This document shows, piece after piece, positions 24,290 through 36,719 of a DNA stretch of 64,000 nucleotides. Both the position numbers and the translations under genes were made by a program. This DNA is from Pristiophorus japonicus (lineage: Eukaryota). Under the pieces are notes generated by a model. It saw only the letters and a list, made by a program, of their open reading frames with translations, was not told the origin of the DNA and ran no database searches. Within the stretch, counting starts at the first letter, position 1. Every line of letters begins with the position of its first letter. The DNA is taken from positions 62,001-126,000 of the forward strand of contig NW_027252026.1 of the NCBI RefSeq assembly GCF_044704955.1, written 5' to 3'.

Positions 24290-24753
24290 TGGGGGAGAGA
24301 GAGAGGGAAGCCACGATTATGTGGATGGGGGAGAGAGAGAGGCCACGATTGTGTGGGTGGGGGAGAGAGAGGTCATGATTGGGCAGGTGGGGGAGAGAGG
24401 GAGGCCATGAATGGGCGGGTGGGGGAGAGAGAGGCCATGATTGGGTGGGTGGGGGAAGAGAGAGGGAGGCTATGATTGGGCAGCTGCGGGAGAGAGAGGG
24501 AGGCCACGATTGGGCGGCTGGGGGAGAGAGAGGGAGGCCATGATTGGGCGGGTGGGGGGGGGGAGAGAGAGAGAGAGACCAAGATTGGGTGGGTGGACGG
24601 GGAGAGAGGGCACGATTGGTCGGGCAGGAGAGAGTGAGAGAGAGAGAGAGAGGCTACGATTGGGCGGGTGGGGGAGAGAGCGGCCATGACTGGGCGGGCG
24701 GCGGGGAGAGAGAGAGAGAGAGAGAGAGAGGCCATGATTGGGTGGGTGTGGGG
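24290..24753. repeat. Purine-rich tandem repeat (GGCCATGATTGGGCGGGTGGGG(GA)n), left half
   Basis: Tandem units of about 30-45 bp; the array resumes at 28468 after the Gypsy insertion. Confidence 0.85.
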
Positions 24754-27700
24754 TGTTATATTTGTAACCTTGTATATATATTGTACCGCCACAAGAGGGC
24801 TCATCCCCTGGAGTCCCAAGGGATCCCACAATCCCTTGGGAGCACAGGTACTTAAGGAGGCCTCCCAGGCTGGAGAGGCACTCTGGAGACCTGCAATAAA
24901 AGACAAAAGTCACACTTTACTTTTAGCTCACAGTATCCAGTCAGACTCTTTATTCATACATAACAACTGGCGACGAGATACAGATGACAAACCCAACGAT
25001 GCAGAGAACAGTGGCAATCCTGGAGAAATTTTTGGAGGGAAATGATTGGGAAGTCTTCCAGGAGCGACTCGACCAATACTTCGTGGCCAACGAGCTGGAA
25101 GGATAAGCGAACACTGCCAAACGAAGGGCAATTCTCCTCACCGTCTGCGGGGCACCAACATATGGCCTCATGAAAAATCTGCTTGCTCCAGCGAAACCCA
25201 GAGAGAAATCGTACAATGATTTATGCACACTTGGCTGGGAGCATCTGAACCCAAAGGAAAGCGTTTTGATGGCAAGGTACCGGTTCTACACCTACAAAAG
25301 TTCTGAAGGCAGGAAGTGGTGAGTTATATCGCTGAGCTAAGACGCCCTTGCAGGACATTGCGAATTTGAAGGACATTTGGAGCACATGCTCAGAGACTTT
25401 TTCGTACTTGGCATTGGCCATGAAATGATACTTCACAAACTTTTGACTGTGTAGACCCCAACCTTGAGTAAGGCCATAGCAATAGCCCCGGCGTTCATTG
25501 CCACCAGTGACAATACTGAGCAAATCTCTCAGCACACAAGTGCTGCTACAAGTACTGTGAACAAAGTGATGTTGTTTTCACATCGCAACGTACAGGGCAG
25601 GCTCCACATGCCTGCAGCTGCACGTCCGCAGATGTCTGAGTCCACCATCAAGGGTGATGAATGTAAGGCCATTAACACCTTGTTGGCGCTGCATCATTTC
25701 CATTCATGCTGCTTCAAAGGGTACGTTTGCAAGGGCTGTGGAACAATGGGACACCTCCAATGTATGTGCAGGCGAGTTGCAAATCCTGTTAATCCTGCAA
25801 ACCACCATGTAGCAGAGGATGAACAGATCCACGGCAGATCATCACGAACCAGAGCCTCAGACTGAGGAGGCAGAGGTATATGGGGTGAACACATTTAGCA
25901 CAAAGTGTCCCCCGATAATGCTGAAGGTTGAACTAAATGAACTCCCGGTGTCAATGGAGCTGGACACGGGTGCGAGCCAGCCCATTATGAGCAAAAACAC
26001 TTTTGATAAATTATGGTGCAGCAAGGCCTCAAGGCCAGTCTTGACTCCAATCCTCACAAAACTGAGACCTTACACAAAGGAAATGATTCCCATAGTCGGC
26101 AGTGTTACTGTAAAAGTCTCCTACGATGGAGCGGTGCACAAGCTACTACTCTGGGTGGTACCGGGCGATGGTCCCACGCTGCTTGGCAGGAGCTGGCTGG
26201 GAAAGATACGCTGGAACTGGGACGACGTCCACGTGCTCTTGCCCGCTGACGACACTTCGTGTGCCCAGGTCTTAAACAAGTTCCCTTCACTGTTCAAACC
26301 AAGCATCGGGAAGTTCCAAGGAGCAGAAATGCAGATCCATCTAATTCCAGGGGTGTGACCCATCCATTACAAGGGAAGAGCAGTACCGTACATGATGAGA
26401 AAAAGGGTAGAGATCGAGCTAGGCCAGCAGCATCATATCGCTGATCGAATTCAATGAGTGGGCCAGTCCGATCGTTCCAATCCTCAAGTGAGATGGCACA
26501 GTCAGAATCTGTGGTGATTACAAAGTAACTATCAATCGTTTCTCCCTGCAGAATCAATACCCACTACCAAAGTCCGACGGCTTTTTGCCACGCAGGTGGG
26601 AGGAAAGATGTTCACGAATCTGGACTTGACCTTGGCCTACATGACGCAGGAGCTGGAGGAATCATCGAAGGGCCTCACCTGCATTAACACACACAAAGGT
26701 CTCTTCATTTATAACAGATGCCATCCGCCACAGACCAGGCACAGAAAACTCTGCCCATGCTCTCAGTAGGCTGTCATTGCCCACCACGGGGGTGGAAATG
26801 GCACAACCCGCAGATTTAGTCATGGTAATGGAAGCATTTGAGAGTGAGCAATCACCTGTCACAGCCCAACAGATTAGAACTTGGACAAGCCAGGAACCCT
26901 AGTTAAACTTGCCCTAGTTAAAAACTGTGTGCTGCACGGGAGCTGGTCCAGTATCCCAGTGGAAATGCAGGAACAGATAAAGCTGTACCAGTAGCACAGA
27001 TATGAAATGTCTATACAGGCAGGCTGCCTTCTGTGGGGCAATCGAGTAGTGGTCCCCAAGAAGGGCAGAGATACCTTCATTAGTGACCTCCACAGCATCC
27101 ACCCAGGCATCGCAATGATGAAAGTGATATCCAGATCCCACGTGTGGTGGCCCGGTATCGATGCGGACTTAGAGTCCTGCATGCACAGATGTAACACATG
27201 CTTGCAGTTGAACAATGCACCCAGGGAGGCGTCACTAAGTTTATGGTCTTAGCCCTCCAAACCGTGGTCTAGGATCTATGTCAACTATGCAGGCCCGTTC
27301 TTGGGTAAAATGTTTATTGTGGTTGCAGATGCGTTCTCCAAATGGATTGAATGTGAGATAATGTTGGCAAGCACGTCCGCTGCCACCACTGAAAGCCTGC
27401 GGGCCATGTTTGCCACGCACGGACTACCCAATGTCCGTGTGAGCGACAATGGGCCATGTTTTACCAGTGCCGAATTCAAAGAATTCATGACCCGCAACGG
27501 GATCAAACATGTCACATCTGCCCCGTTCAAATCAGCATCCAATGGTCAGGCAGAAAGAGCAGTGCAAACTATCAATCAGGGCTTGAAGAGGGTAACTGAA
27601 GGCTCACTGCAGACTCGCCTATCCTGAGTCCTGCTTAGCTACCGCCCGAGACCCCACTCGCTCACTGGGATTCCACCTGCTGAACTGCTCATGAAAAGGG

Positions 27701-28467
27701 CACTTAAGACAAGGCTCTTGTTAGTTCACCCTGATTTACATGAAGCTGCCTGCTCTCTTCCTGTTCAACAAAGCACATATTATGATAGCTCAAATGTGTC
27801 ACGCGAAATTGAAATCAATGATCCTACATTTGTATTAAATTATGGACAAGGTCCCAAGTAGATTCCTGGCACTGTTGTGGCCAAAGAGAGCAGGGTGTTT
27901 CGGGTCAAACTTTCAAATGGACTCATTCACTGGAAACACTTGGACCAAATCAAACTCAGATTCACTGAGCAACCCACTTTGTACCCTACTTTCTTTGACC
28001 CCCCCCCAACATACACACCAGTGCCAACCGACACCGCGGTTGGCCACGCAGCAGAACCCACCATCCGCAGCAGCCCAGCAGGACTCACCATACTAGGCAG
28101 CTCAGCAAGGCCAGCTGCACAGTAGCCCAGTGACGGCCCAACAGATAATTCACCAATACCAGCGTCATTTGTACCGAGACGATCAATCACGGCAAGAAGG
28201 CCCCCAGATCGACTCACCTTGTAAATAGTTACACTGTTGACTTTGTGGGGAGTGTTGTTATATATGTAACCTTGTATATACCTTGTACAGCCACCATATG
28301 GCTCATCCTCTGGAGTCTCAAGGGATCCCACAATCCCTTGGGAGCACAGGTACTTAAGGAGGCCTCCCAGGCTGGAGAGGCACTCTGGACACTTGCAATA
28401 AAAGTCTAAGGTCACACTTTACTTTGAGTTCACAGTATCCAGTCAGACTCTTTATTCATTCATAACA
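24754..28467 (+). mobile_element. Second Gypsy element of the same family, with an internal RT/RNaseH deletion
   Basis: LTRs at 24754-24965 and 28256-28467, PBS TGGCGACGAG, ELDTGAS protease, integrase, G-run TSD. At about 26720 it jumps from RT to the end of RNaseH (about 0.8 kb missing relative to the 11345 copy). Confidence 0.95.
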
Positions 28468-28562
28468 GGGGGAGAGAGAGACCACGATTGGACGGGTGGG
28501 GGAGAGAGAGGCCATGATCGGGCGGGCGTGTGAGAGAGAGAGAGGCCACGATTGGGCGGGTG

Positions 28563-28597
<35 letters not shown>

Positions 28598-28890
28598 CAT
28601 GATTGGGCGGTGTGAGAGAGAGAGAGAGGCCACGAGTGGGGGAGAGAGAGAGGCCATGATCGGGCAGTGGTGGGGAAGTGAGAGAAGCCACGATTGGGTG
28701 GGGGAGAGAGAGAGAGGCCGCGATCGATGGGGGGATAAGAGAGAGAGAGAGAGGCCACGATTGGGTGGGGGGGGGGGGAGAGTGAAAGAGAGAGAGGGAG
28801 GCCATGATCGGGCGGGGGGCAGAAAGAGAGAGGCCACCATTGGGCGGGGGAGGGGGGGGGAGAGAGGACACGATTGGGCGGGGGGGGAGA
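28468..28890. repeat. Purine-rich tandem repeat, right half
   Basis: Same unit as 24290-24753. Confidence 0.85.
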
Positions 28891-29493
28891 GGCTACAATC
28901 GATGTAGGTGATGGCGGGGGGTGCAGTCCTGCCCCTCTTGCCCCAGAAGCAGTGCTGGAACATGCACTTACCTTGTGGATTGGGCCGCTCCCGCCTCCCT
29001 TTCACTGCCGGATTACCCGACTCCCGGGAAACCTGCGCAGGAGCTGCCTTGCTTCATTTTCAGTTCTGATCCCGAGCGCCGCACTTTCCAGAACCTCTCC
29101 CCATTATTCACCTAATCCCAGACACTGGGTGTTGTCAGGCTCTTGACTCTATAGGCCTTGTCGCCAAGCCTGATCCTGGTCCTCTGCCAGTGTCCACACA
29201 CACACACACTTTCCGGCAGGGACCATGGGTTAGTCATTTAGTGTGGGAACCATGGCTGCCTTGTCCTTCCCCACTGCAGAGTTGCTAAAGTCAACGTTAA
29301 CGTGCCAACTGCTGGCCTCATTAGCAGATCCTCAGGACAGCCCAACCCTGGCATTTCCCCTTGTGATGAACACATGATTCACATTTGGAGCCACTGCTGG
29401 CTCCTATTTAAATGCCACATTAACACACACACCATTTCAGTTGGGTCGCTTTTGAATTCAGGCAGGAGCTGTCTTTGGAATTTTAATTTCTTA

Positions 29494-29705
29494 TGTTATA
29501 TATGTAAACCTGTAAATACCTTGTTTAATTATTAGAGGGCCCATCCCCTGGAGTCCCAAGGGATCCCACAAGCCCTTGGGAGCAGCTGTACTTAAGGAGG
29601 CCTCACAGGCTGGGGAGGTACTCTGGAGGCCTGTAATAAAAGACTACGGTCACACTTTACTTTGAGCTCTCAGTATCTGGTCAGACTCTTTATTCATACA
29701 CAACA
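29494..29705 (+). mobile_element. Gypsy solo LTR (same family as 11345 and 24754)
   Basis: TGTTA...CAACA and clearly similar to the other LTRs; no PBS follows; TSD not clear. Confidence 0.85.
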
Positions 29706-29812
29706 TTATTGTTCTATTAAACCAACAACTTCTTTGTGAAAATAAAACCCTTCCCATCTTGGACAATCCATCCTTTCCCCCTGCCCTGCTGTGGGTCGGA
29801 TACAGGTCCCAG

Positions 29813-30361
29813 TGTGGATATCTGAACGGAATATATGGAATTAAGGATAGTAAAGTAAACGGGATATATGAAAATGTATACGCCATGGAAGAATAGCTGG
29901 GAGAATGTCAGATTGCAAATAGTGCAACATCAGCATAGCTAACAATCTGTCTCAAGGTTTCAAGTCACTAATCCTGCCAATAATATATAATTGTAACATG
30001 AAATACATCTGCAGAATTGCAAGGTCTCAGTAAATAGTCACACCATTAGATTGAAACATTTGGAGGCAATACTTGAGCTTTCAAGAAGAACATCTCATAT
30101 AGATTGACTAATGAGTGTCTGAGTTAGACTGTCAATCCATTTGTATTTTGTTATCTGATTTCAAAACTGTATAACTGTTAACGCTTTACGATGTAACTTC
30201 ACCTATCCGTAGGGAGTGTGTACGCTCTATCCAGAGAGTATATCTTCTGTCTGATAGGTCTTACTGGCCGGTAATAAAGACTGCTTTGTTCAAAGCACAA
30301 GAGGTATTCGACTCAGTAATTTTACTGAACCAGATTGAATAAAAGAATCCAGGAATTAACA
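29813..30361 (+). mobile_element. Probable 549-bp solo LTR of an unrelated family
   Basis: TGT...ACA termini, CCAG direct repeat on both sides (29809-29812, 30362-30365), AATAAA near the 3' end (30274, 30338). Confidence 0.6.
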
Positions 30362-30413
30362 CCAGTGCGGTCTGTTCCTGTGAACCTGCGAGTGATAGCT
30401 AACATTTACATAC

Positions 30414-30758
30414 CGATGACATTCAGCTGGGTTCCTGCTCCATCGATACGGCTCCACACACTGCAGATATAGGCAGCGGTGTTTCTGTGCTGCACGCCTG
30501 TGATGGTCAGAATGAAGCTAATACTGGTGACATCCCTGGAAGACTGAAAATGGTCAGCAAAACCCCGCTACTTTTTTAATGTATTATTTGTGTAATGAAG
30601 TATCATCTCCTTGTGTGTACCAGGGAGCTGTTGGGACCAGTGAACATCCACTTGCCTGACGTTGTCTTTCTTCATGGTGCAGCGTAAGCTCACAGTCTGA
30701 CGCTCTCTCACGCTATAGACTGTCGGAGACTGAACCAGTACTGGTTCCGCCACTGCAC
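30414..30758 (-). pseudogene. Exon 2: V-set Ig domain 1 with germline-encoded J-like strand and one premature stop
   Basis: Acceptor cacattcccag|, then (G)AVAEPVLVQSPTVYSVRERQTVSLRCTMKKDNVRQVDVHWSQQLPGTHKEMILHYTNNTLKK*RGFADHFQSSRDVTSISFILTITGVQHRNTAAYICSVWSRIDGAGTQLNVI, then G|GTATGT. It is 345 nt, phase 1-1, with the Cys/Trp/Cys triad and GxGT motif. Confidence 0.9.
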
Positions 30759-30799
30759 CTGGGAATGTGATTGGTAAGTAAATAAATATAACTTAACGT

Positions 30800-31590
30800 A
30801 AGAATGACTTGCATTTCTATAGTGCCTTTCACAACCTCAGGACGTCCCAAAACGCTTTACAGCCTGGTGTGTAGTCACTGTTGTAATGTAGGAAAGGCGG
30901 CAGCCAATTGCAAGCTCCCACAAACAGCTATGTGATAAAGACCAGATAGTCTGTTTTACAACAACAACTTGTATCTATATAGCGCCTTTAATGTAGTAAA
31001 ATGTCCCAAGGCACTTCACAGGAGTGTTGTAAGACAAAAATGTGACACCGAGCCACGTAAGATGGGGCAGATGACCAAAAACTTGGCCAAAGAGGTAGGT
31101 TTTAAGGAGCATCTCAAAGGAGGAAAGAGAAGCAGAGAGGTTTAGGGAGAAATTCCAGAGCTTAGGGCCGAGGCAGCTGAAGGCACGGCCACTGATGGTT
31201 GAACGATTATAATCAGGGATGCTCAAGAGGGCAGAATATGAGGAGCACAGACATTCTCGAGGGGGGGAGTTGTGGCATTGGAGGAGATTACAGAGATAGG
31301 GAGAGGCGAGGCTATGGAGGAATTTGTAAACAAGGATGAGAATTTTGAAATTGAGGCAAATGTTGATTGAGGAATAAATATCGGCCCAGGACACGGGCGA
31401 TAACCCTTCTTCTTCGAACTCTTCTACGAAATAGTGCCAAGGGATCTTTTACATCCATCTGCGAGAGCAGACGGGACCTCGGATTAATGTCTCCCCCGAA
31501 AGACGGCACTTCCGACACTGCAGCACTCCCTCAGCACTGCAGTGGATTTATGAGCTCAAGTCTCTGGAGTGGGACTTGAACCCACAACCC
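30800..31590 (-). mobile_element. Deu-SINE (minus) interrupted by an L2 3' end
   Basis: SINE tail 30800-30955, L2 piece 30960-31360 (FKILILVYK..RAFSCLGPKLWN), then Deu domain and tRNA-like head 31360-31590. Confidence 0.7.
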
Positions 31591-33885
31591 AACAGTGCAA
31601 TATATCCCAACAGTGGATAGTCAAGGGGCTATAATGGAGGAGGAACACAATCACAATCACTAATGAGGTGGTACTCATTAAATAATGGGACTAAAGGTGT
31701 AGAAATCCCCTGGACCTGATGGCTTGCATCCTAGGGTCTGATTAGTGGATTAGTGGATGCATTGGTTGTAATTTACCAAAATTCCTTGGATTCTAGGGAG
31801 GTCCCAGCAGATTGAAAAACTGCAATTGTAACACCCCTATTTAAAAAAGGAGGCAGAAAAAAAGCAGGAAACTATAGACTAGTTAGCCTGACATCTGTGG
31901 TTGGGAAAATGTTGGATTCCATTATTAAAGAAGCAGTAGCAGAACATTTAAAAAAGCAGAATTCAGTCAGGCAGAGTCAGCATGGATTTATGAAAGGGAA
32001 GTTGTTATATATGTGGACTTGTATTTACTCTGTACAGCCACCAGAGGGCTCATCCCCGGGAGTCCCAAGGGATTGCATAATCCCTTGGGAGGACAGGTAT
32101 TTAAGGAGGTTTCACAGGTTGGAGAGGCACTCTGGAGACCTGCAATAAAAGACTAAGGTTACACTTTACTTTGAGCTCACAGTGTTCAGTCTGACTCTTT
32201 CTCCATACACAATAACTGGCAACGAGATACAGATAACAAATCCAAAGATGCAGAGAACAGTGGGCATCCTGAAGAAATTTTCGGAGGGAGATGATTGGGA
32301 AACTTTTGTGGAGCGACTCGACCAATACTTCGTGGCTAACGAGCTGGATGGGAAAGAGAGCACTGCCAAATGAAGGGCAATCCTCCTCACCGTCTGTGGG
32401 GCACCAACGTATAGCCTCATGAAGAATCTGCTCACTCCAGCGAAACCCACGGAGAAATTGTACGACGATTTGTGCACACTGATCCGAGAGCATTTTAACC
32501 TGATGGAAGGCGTTCTGATGGCGAGGTACCGGTTCTACACCTACAAAAGGTCTGAAGGCCAGGAAATGGCAAGTTATGTCGCCGAGCTAAGTGCATTGCA
32601 AATTTGAAGGACATTTGGAGCACATACTCCGAGACTTTTTCGTACTTGGCATTGTCCACAAAACCATACTTCTCAAATTTTTGACTGTAGAGACACCAAC
32701 CTTGACCAAGGCCATAGCGATAACCCAGGCATTCATTGCCACAAGTGACAATACGATGCAAATCTCTCAGCACACAAGTGCTGCTACAATTACTGTGAAC
32801 AAAGTGATTGGCTAACTAACAGAGAACACAGAGTCGGGATAAATGGTTCATTCTCGAGTTGGCAATCAATAACTAGTGGGGTGCTGTGGGGATTAGTGCT
32901 GGAACCTAACTATTTACAATCTACATTAACGACTTGGATGAAGGGACCGAGTGTAACGTAGCCAAGTTTGCTGATGATACAAAGATGGGAGGAAAAGCAA
33001 CGTGTGAGGAGGGACAAAAAACTTGCAAAAGGACATAGACAGGCTAAGTGAGTGGGCAAAGATTTGGCAGATGGAGTATAAAGTGTAAGGTTATGCACGT
33101 TGGCAGAAAAAATCGAAGAGCAAGTTATTATTTAAATGGAGAAAAATTACAAAGTGCTGCAGTACAGCGAGACCTGGGGGTCTTGGTGCATGAAACACAA
33201 AAGGTTAGTATGCAGATACAGCAAGTGATCAGGAAGGCCAATGGAATTTTAGCCTTTATTGCAAAGGGGATGGAGTATAAAAGCAGGGAAGTCTTGCTAC
33301 AGTTATGCAGGGTATTGGTGAGGCCACATCTAGAATATTGCGTAAAATTTTGGTTTCCATATTTAAGAAAGGATATACTTGCTTTGGAGGTAGTTCAGAG
33401 AAGGTTCACTAGGTTGATTCCAGAGATGAGGGAGTTAACTTATGACGAAAGGTTGGGTAGTTTGGGTCTCTACTCATTGGAATTCAGAAGAATGAGAGGT
33501 GATCTTATCGAAACGTATAAGATTATGAGGGGGCTTGACAATGTGGATACAGAGAGGATGTTTCCACTAATAGGTGAGACTAGAACTAGGGGGCATAATC
33601 TTAGAATAAGGGGCCGTCAATTTAAAACTGAGATGAGGAGGAATTTCTTTTCTCAGAGGGTTGTAAATTTGTGGAAATCGCTGCCTCAGAGAGCTGTGGA
33701 AGCTGGGACATTGAATAAATTTAAAACAGAGACAGTTTCTCAACCGATAAGGGAATAAAGGGTTATGGAGAGCGGGCAGGTAAGTGGACCTGAGTCCATG
33801 ATTGGATCAGCCATGATCATATTAAATGGCGGAGCAGGCTCGAGGGGCCGTATGGCATGCTCCTGCTCCTATTTCTTGTTATGTT
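31590..33885 (+). mobile_element. CR1 LINE containing a truncated Gypsy insertion
   Basis: CR1 ORF2 motifs on both sides of 32003-32808, C-terminal ORF 33048..33758 and 3' tail. Confidence 0.85.
32003..32808 (+). mobile_element. Truncated Gypsy (5' LTR 32003-32214, PBS, gag start)
   Basis: MQRTVGILKKFSEGDDWETFVERLDQYFVANEL. Ends abruptly at GAT shared with the resumed CR1. Confidence 0.9.
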
Positions 33886-33954
33886 CTAGCCTTCCGACTC
33901 AGGTGGGAGTGCTGCCCACTTCTCCGAGAGAACTCACTCTTGCTGAACTTACAA

Positions 33955-36175
33955 CCAGGGTCCTGAACTTAAGGAAAGGTAACTTCGATGGTTTGAAGCA
34001 TGAATTGGCTAGAGTAGACTTGCAAATGATATTTAAAGGGTTGACAGTGGATATGCAATGGCAAACATTTAAAGATCACATGGATGAACTTCAGCAATTG
34101 TACATCCCTGTCTGGAGTAAGAATAAAATGGGGAAGGTGGCTCAACCCTGGCTAACAAGGGAAATTAAGGATAGTGTTAAATCCAAGGAAGAGGCATATA
34201 AATTGGCCAGAAAAAGCAGCAAACCTGAGGACTGGGAGAAATTTAGAATTTAGCAGAGGAGGACAAAGGGTTTAATTAAGAGGGAGAAAATAGAGTATGA
34301 GAAGAAGCTTGCCGGGAACATAAAAACTGACTGCAAAAGCTTCTATAAATATGTGAAGTGAAAAAGATTAGTGAAGACAAACGTAGCTCCCTTGCAGTCG
34401 GATTCAGGTGAATTTATAATGGGGAACAAACAAATGGCAGACCAATTGAACAAATACTTTGGTTCAGTCTTCACGAAGGAAGATACAAATAACCTTCCAA
34501 AAGTACTAGGGGACCGAGGGTCAAGTGAGAGGAGGAACTGAAGGATATCCTTATTAGGTGGGAAATTGTGTTAGGGAAATTGATGGGATTGAAGGCCGAT
34601 AAATCCCCGGGGCCAGATAGTCTGCATCCCAGAGTACTTAAGGAAGTGGCCCTAGAAATAGTGGATGCATTGGTAATCATTTTCCAACAGTCTATCAACT
34701 CTGGATAAGTTCCTGTGGACTGGAGGGTAGCTAATGTAACACCACTTTTTAAAAATGGAGGGCGAGAGAAAATGGGTAATTATAGACCGGTTAGCCTGAC
34801 ATCAGTCGTGGGGAAAATGTTGGAATCAATTATTAAGGATGAAATAGCAGCACATTTGGAAAGCAGTGACAGGATCGGTCCAAGTCAGCTTGGATTTATG
34901 AAGGAGAAATCATGCTTGACAAATCTTCTGGAATTTTTTGAGGATGTAGTTAGTAGAGTGGACAAGGGAGAATCAGTGGATGTGGTGTATTTGGATTTTC
35001 AAAAGGCTTTTGACAAGGTCCCACACAAGAGATTGGTATGTAAAATCAAAGCACATGGTATTGGGGGTAATATACTGATGTGGATCGAGAACTGGTTGGC
35101 AGACAGGAAGCAGAGAGTTGGGATAAATGGGTCCTTTTCAGAATGGCAGGCAGTGACTCGTGGAGTGCCGCAGGGCTCAGTGCTGGGACCCCAGCTCGTT
35201 ACAATATACAACAATGATTTGGATGAAGGAATTGAGTGTAATATCTCCAAATTTGCAGATGACACTAAACTGGGTGGCGGTGTGAGCTGTGAGGGGGACG
35301 CTAAGAGGCTGCAGGGTGACTTGGACAGGTTAGGTGAGTGAGCAAATGCATGGCAGATGCAGTATAATGTGGATAACTGTGAGGTTATCCACTTTGGGGG
35401 CAAAAACGCAAAGACAGAATATTATCTGAATGGTGGCAGATTAGGAAAAGAGGAGGTGCAACGAGACCTGGGTGTCATGGTTCATCAGTCATTGAAAGCT
35501 GGCCAGATGCAGCAGGCGGTAAAGAAGGCAAATGGTATGTTGGCCTTCATAGCAATGGAATTTGAGTATAGGAACAGGGAGGTCTTACTGCAGTTGTACA
35601 GCGCCTTGGTGAGGCCTCACTTGGAATATTGTGTTCAATTCTGGTCTCTTAATCTGAGGAAGGACGTTCTTGCTATTGAGGAAGTGCAGCAAAGGTTCAC
35701 CAGACTGATTCCCGGGATGGTCGGACTGACATATGAGGAGAGACTGGATCAGCTGGGCCTTTATACATTGGAGTTTAGAAGGATGAGAGGGGATCTCATA
35801 GAAACATACAAAATTCTGACGGGACGGGACAGGTTAGATGCGGGTAGATTGTTCCCAATATTGGGGAAGTCTAGAACCAGGGAACACAGTCTTAGGATAA
35901 GGGGTAGGCCTATTAGGACTGAGATGAGGACAAACTTCTTCACTCAGAGTTGTTAACCTGTGGAATTCCCTGCCGCAGAGAGTTGTTGTTGCCAGTTCAT
36001 TGGATATATTCAAGAGGGAGTTAGATATGGCCTTTACGGCTAAAGGGATTAAGGGGTATGGAGAGAAAGCAGGAAAGGGGTACTGAGGGAATGATCAGCC
36101 ATGACCTTATTGAATGGTGGTGCAGGCTCGAAGGGCCGAATGGCCTACTCCTGCACCTATTTTCTATGTTTCTGT
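33955..36175 (+). mobile_element. 5'-truncated CR1 LINE with a few stops (mirror copy about 60843-63062 on minus)
   Basis: ORFs 34715..35341 and 35357..35956 with [19 protein letters not shown] and FADD; TTCTATGT tail. Confidence 0.92.
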
Positions 36176-36719
36176 GTCTCTACTGCCTGATGTGAATTAC
36201 TGACCAGCTTGCTTTTTGCCCACCAGATGCCAGGTTGCTCTGTATTTAATGACGTACACTAACAGTGTTGAACAGGAAGGGAGGAATTGTATCTGGGAGT
36301 GTTATAGCTAGAATATTCTGGCCGGTGATCTTGTACATTATTGCACGCTGCACATGCTGAGAATGCCATTGCCAGAATGTGGTTTGAAACTGTAGACCTG
36401 TTGGAGAGAAGCCCCAACTCTTGAGACAAGGCGAGGCTTTCAAGTATAGGCTTTAGGGAAGACAGTAAAAGACAATTCAATAGATACATTTAATCATGTT
36501 ATTGTGAGAGGGTCTTCATATTTAGAATTTTATATTATGTTTAAACTTTATTTCTGACATTAGAAAATTAATTTATGGCGAATAAATTGCAATTATTATT
36601 GGTCAGTCAGTGGTCAGCGGAAAATGAACGGCGCTCACCGTTCATTACACTTAAGGTTAAACATTTGTTTGCTTAGCACCACCCGTTAGTGCCCAAGAGG
36701 CGGGGGGTGGGGGGGCACT

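Noticed and set aside
36246-36489. Possible extra exon in unique sequence within intron 1 (mirror 60529-60772)
   Set aside because: Acceptor-like sites exist, but there is no recognisable domain and no convincing phase-compatible donor. The leader splices directly to V1 in frame.
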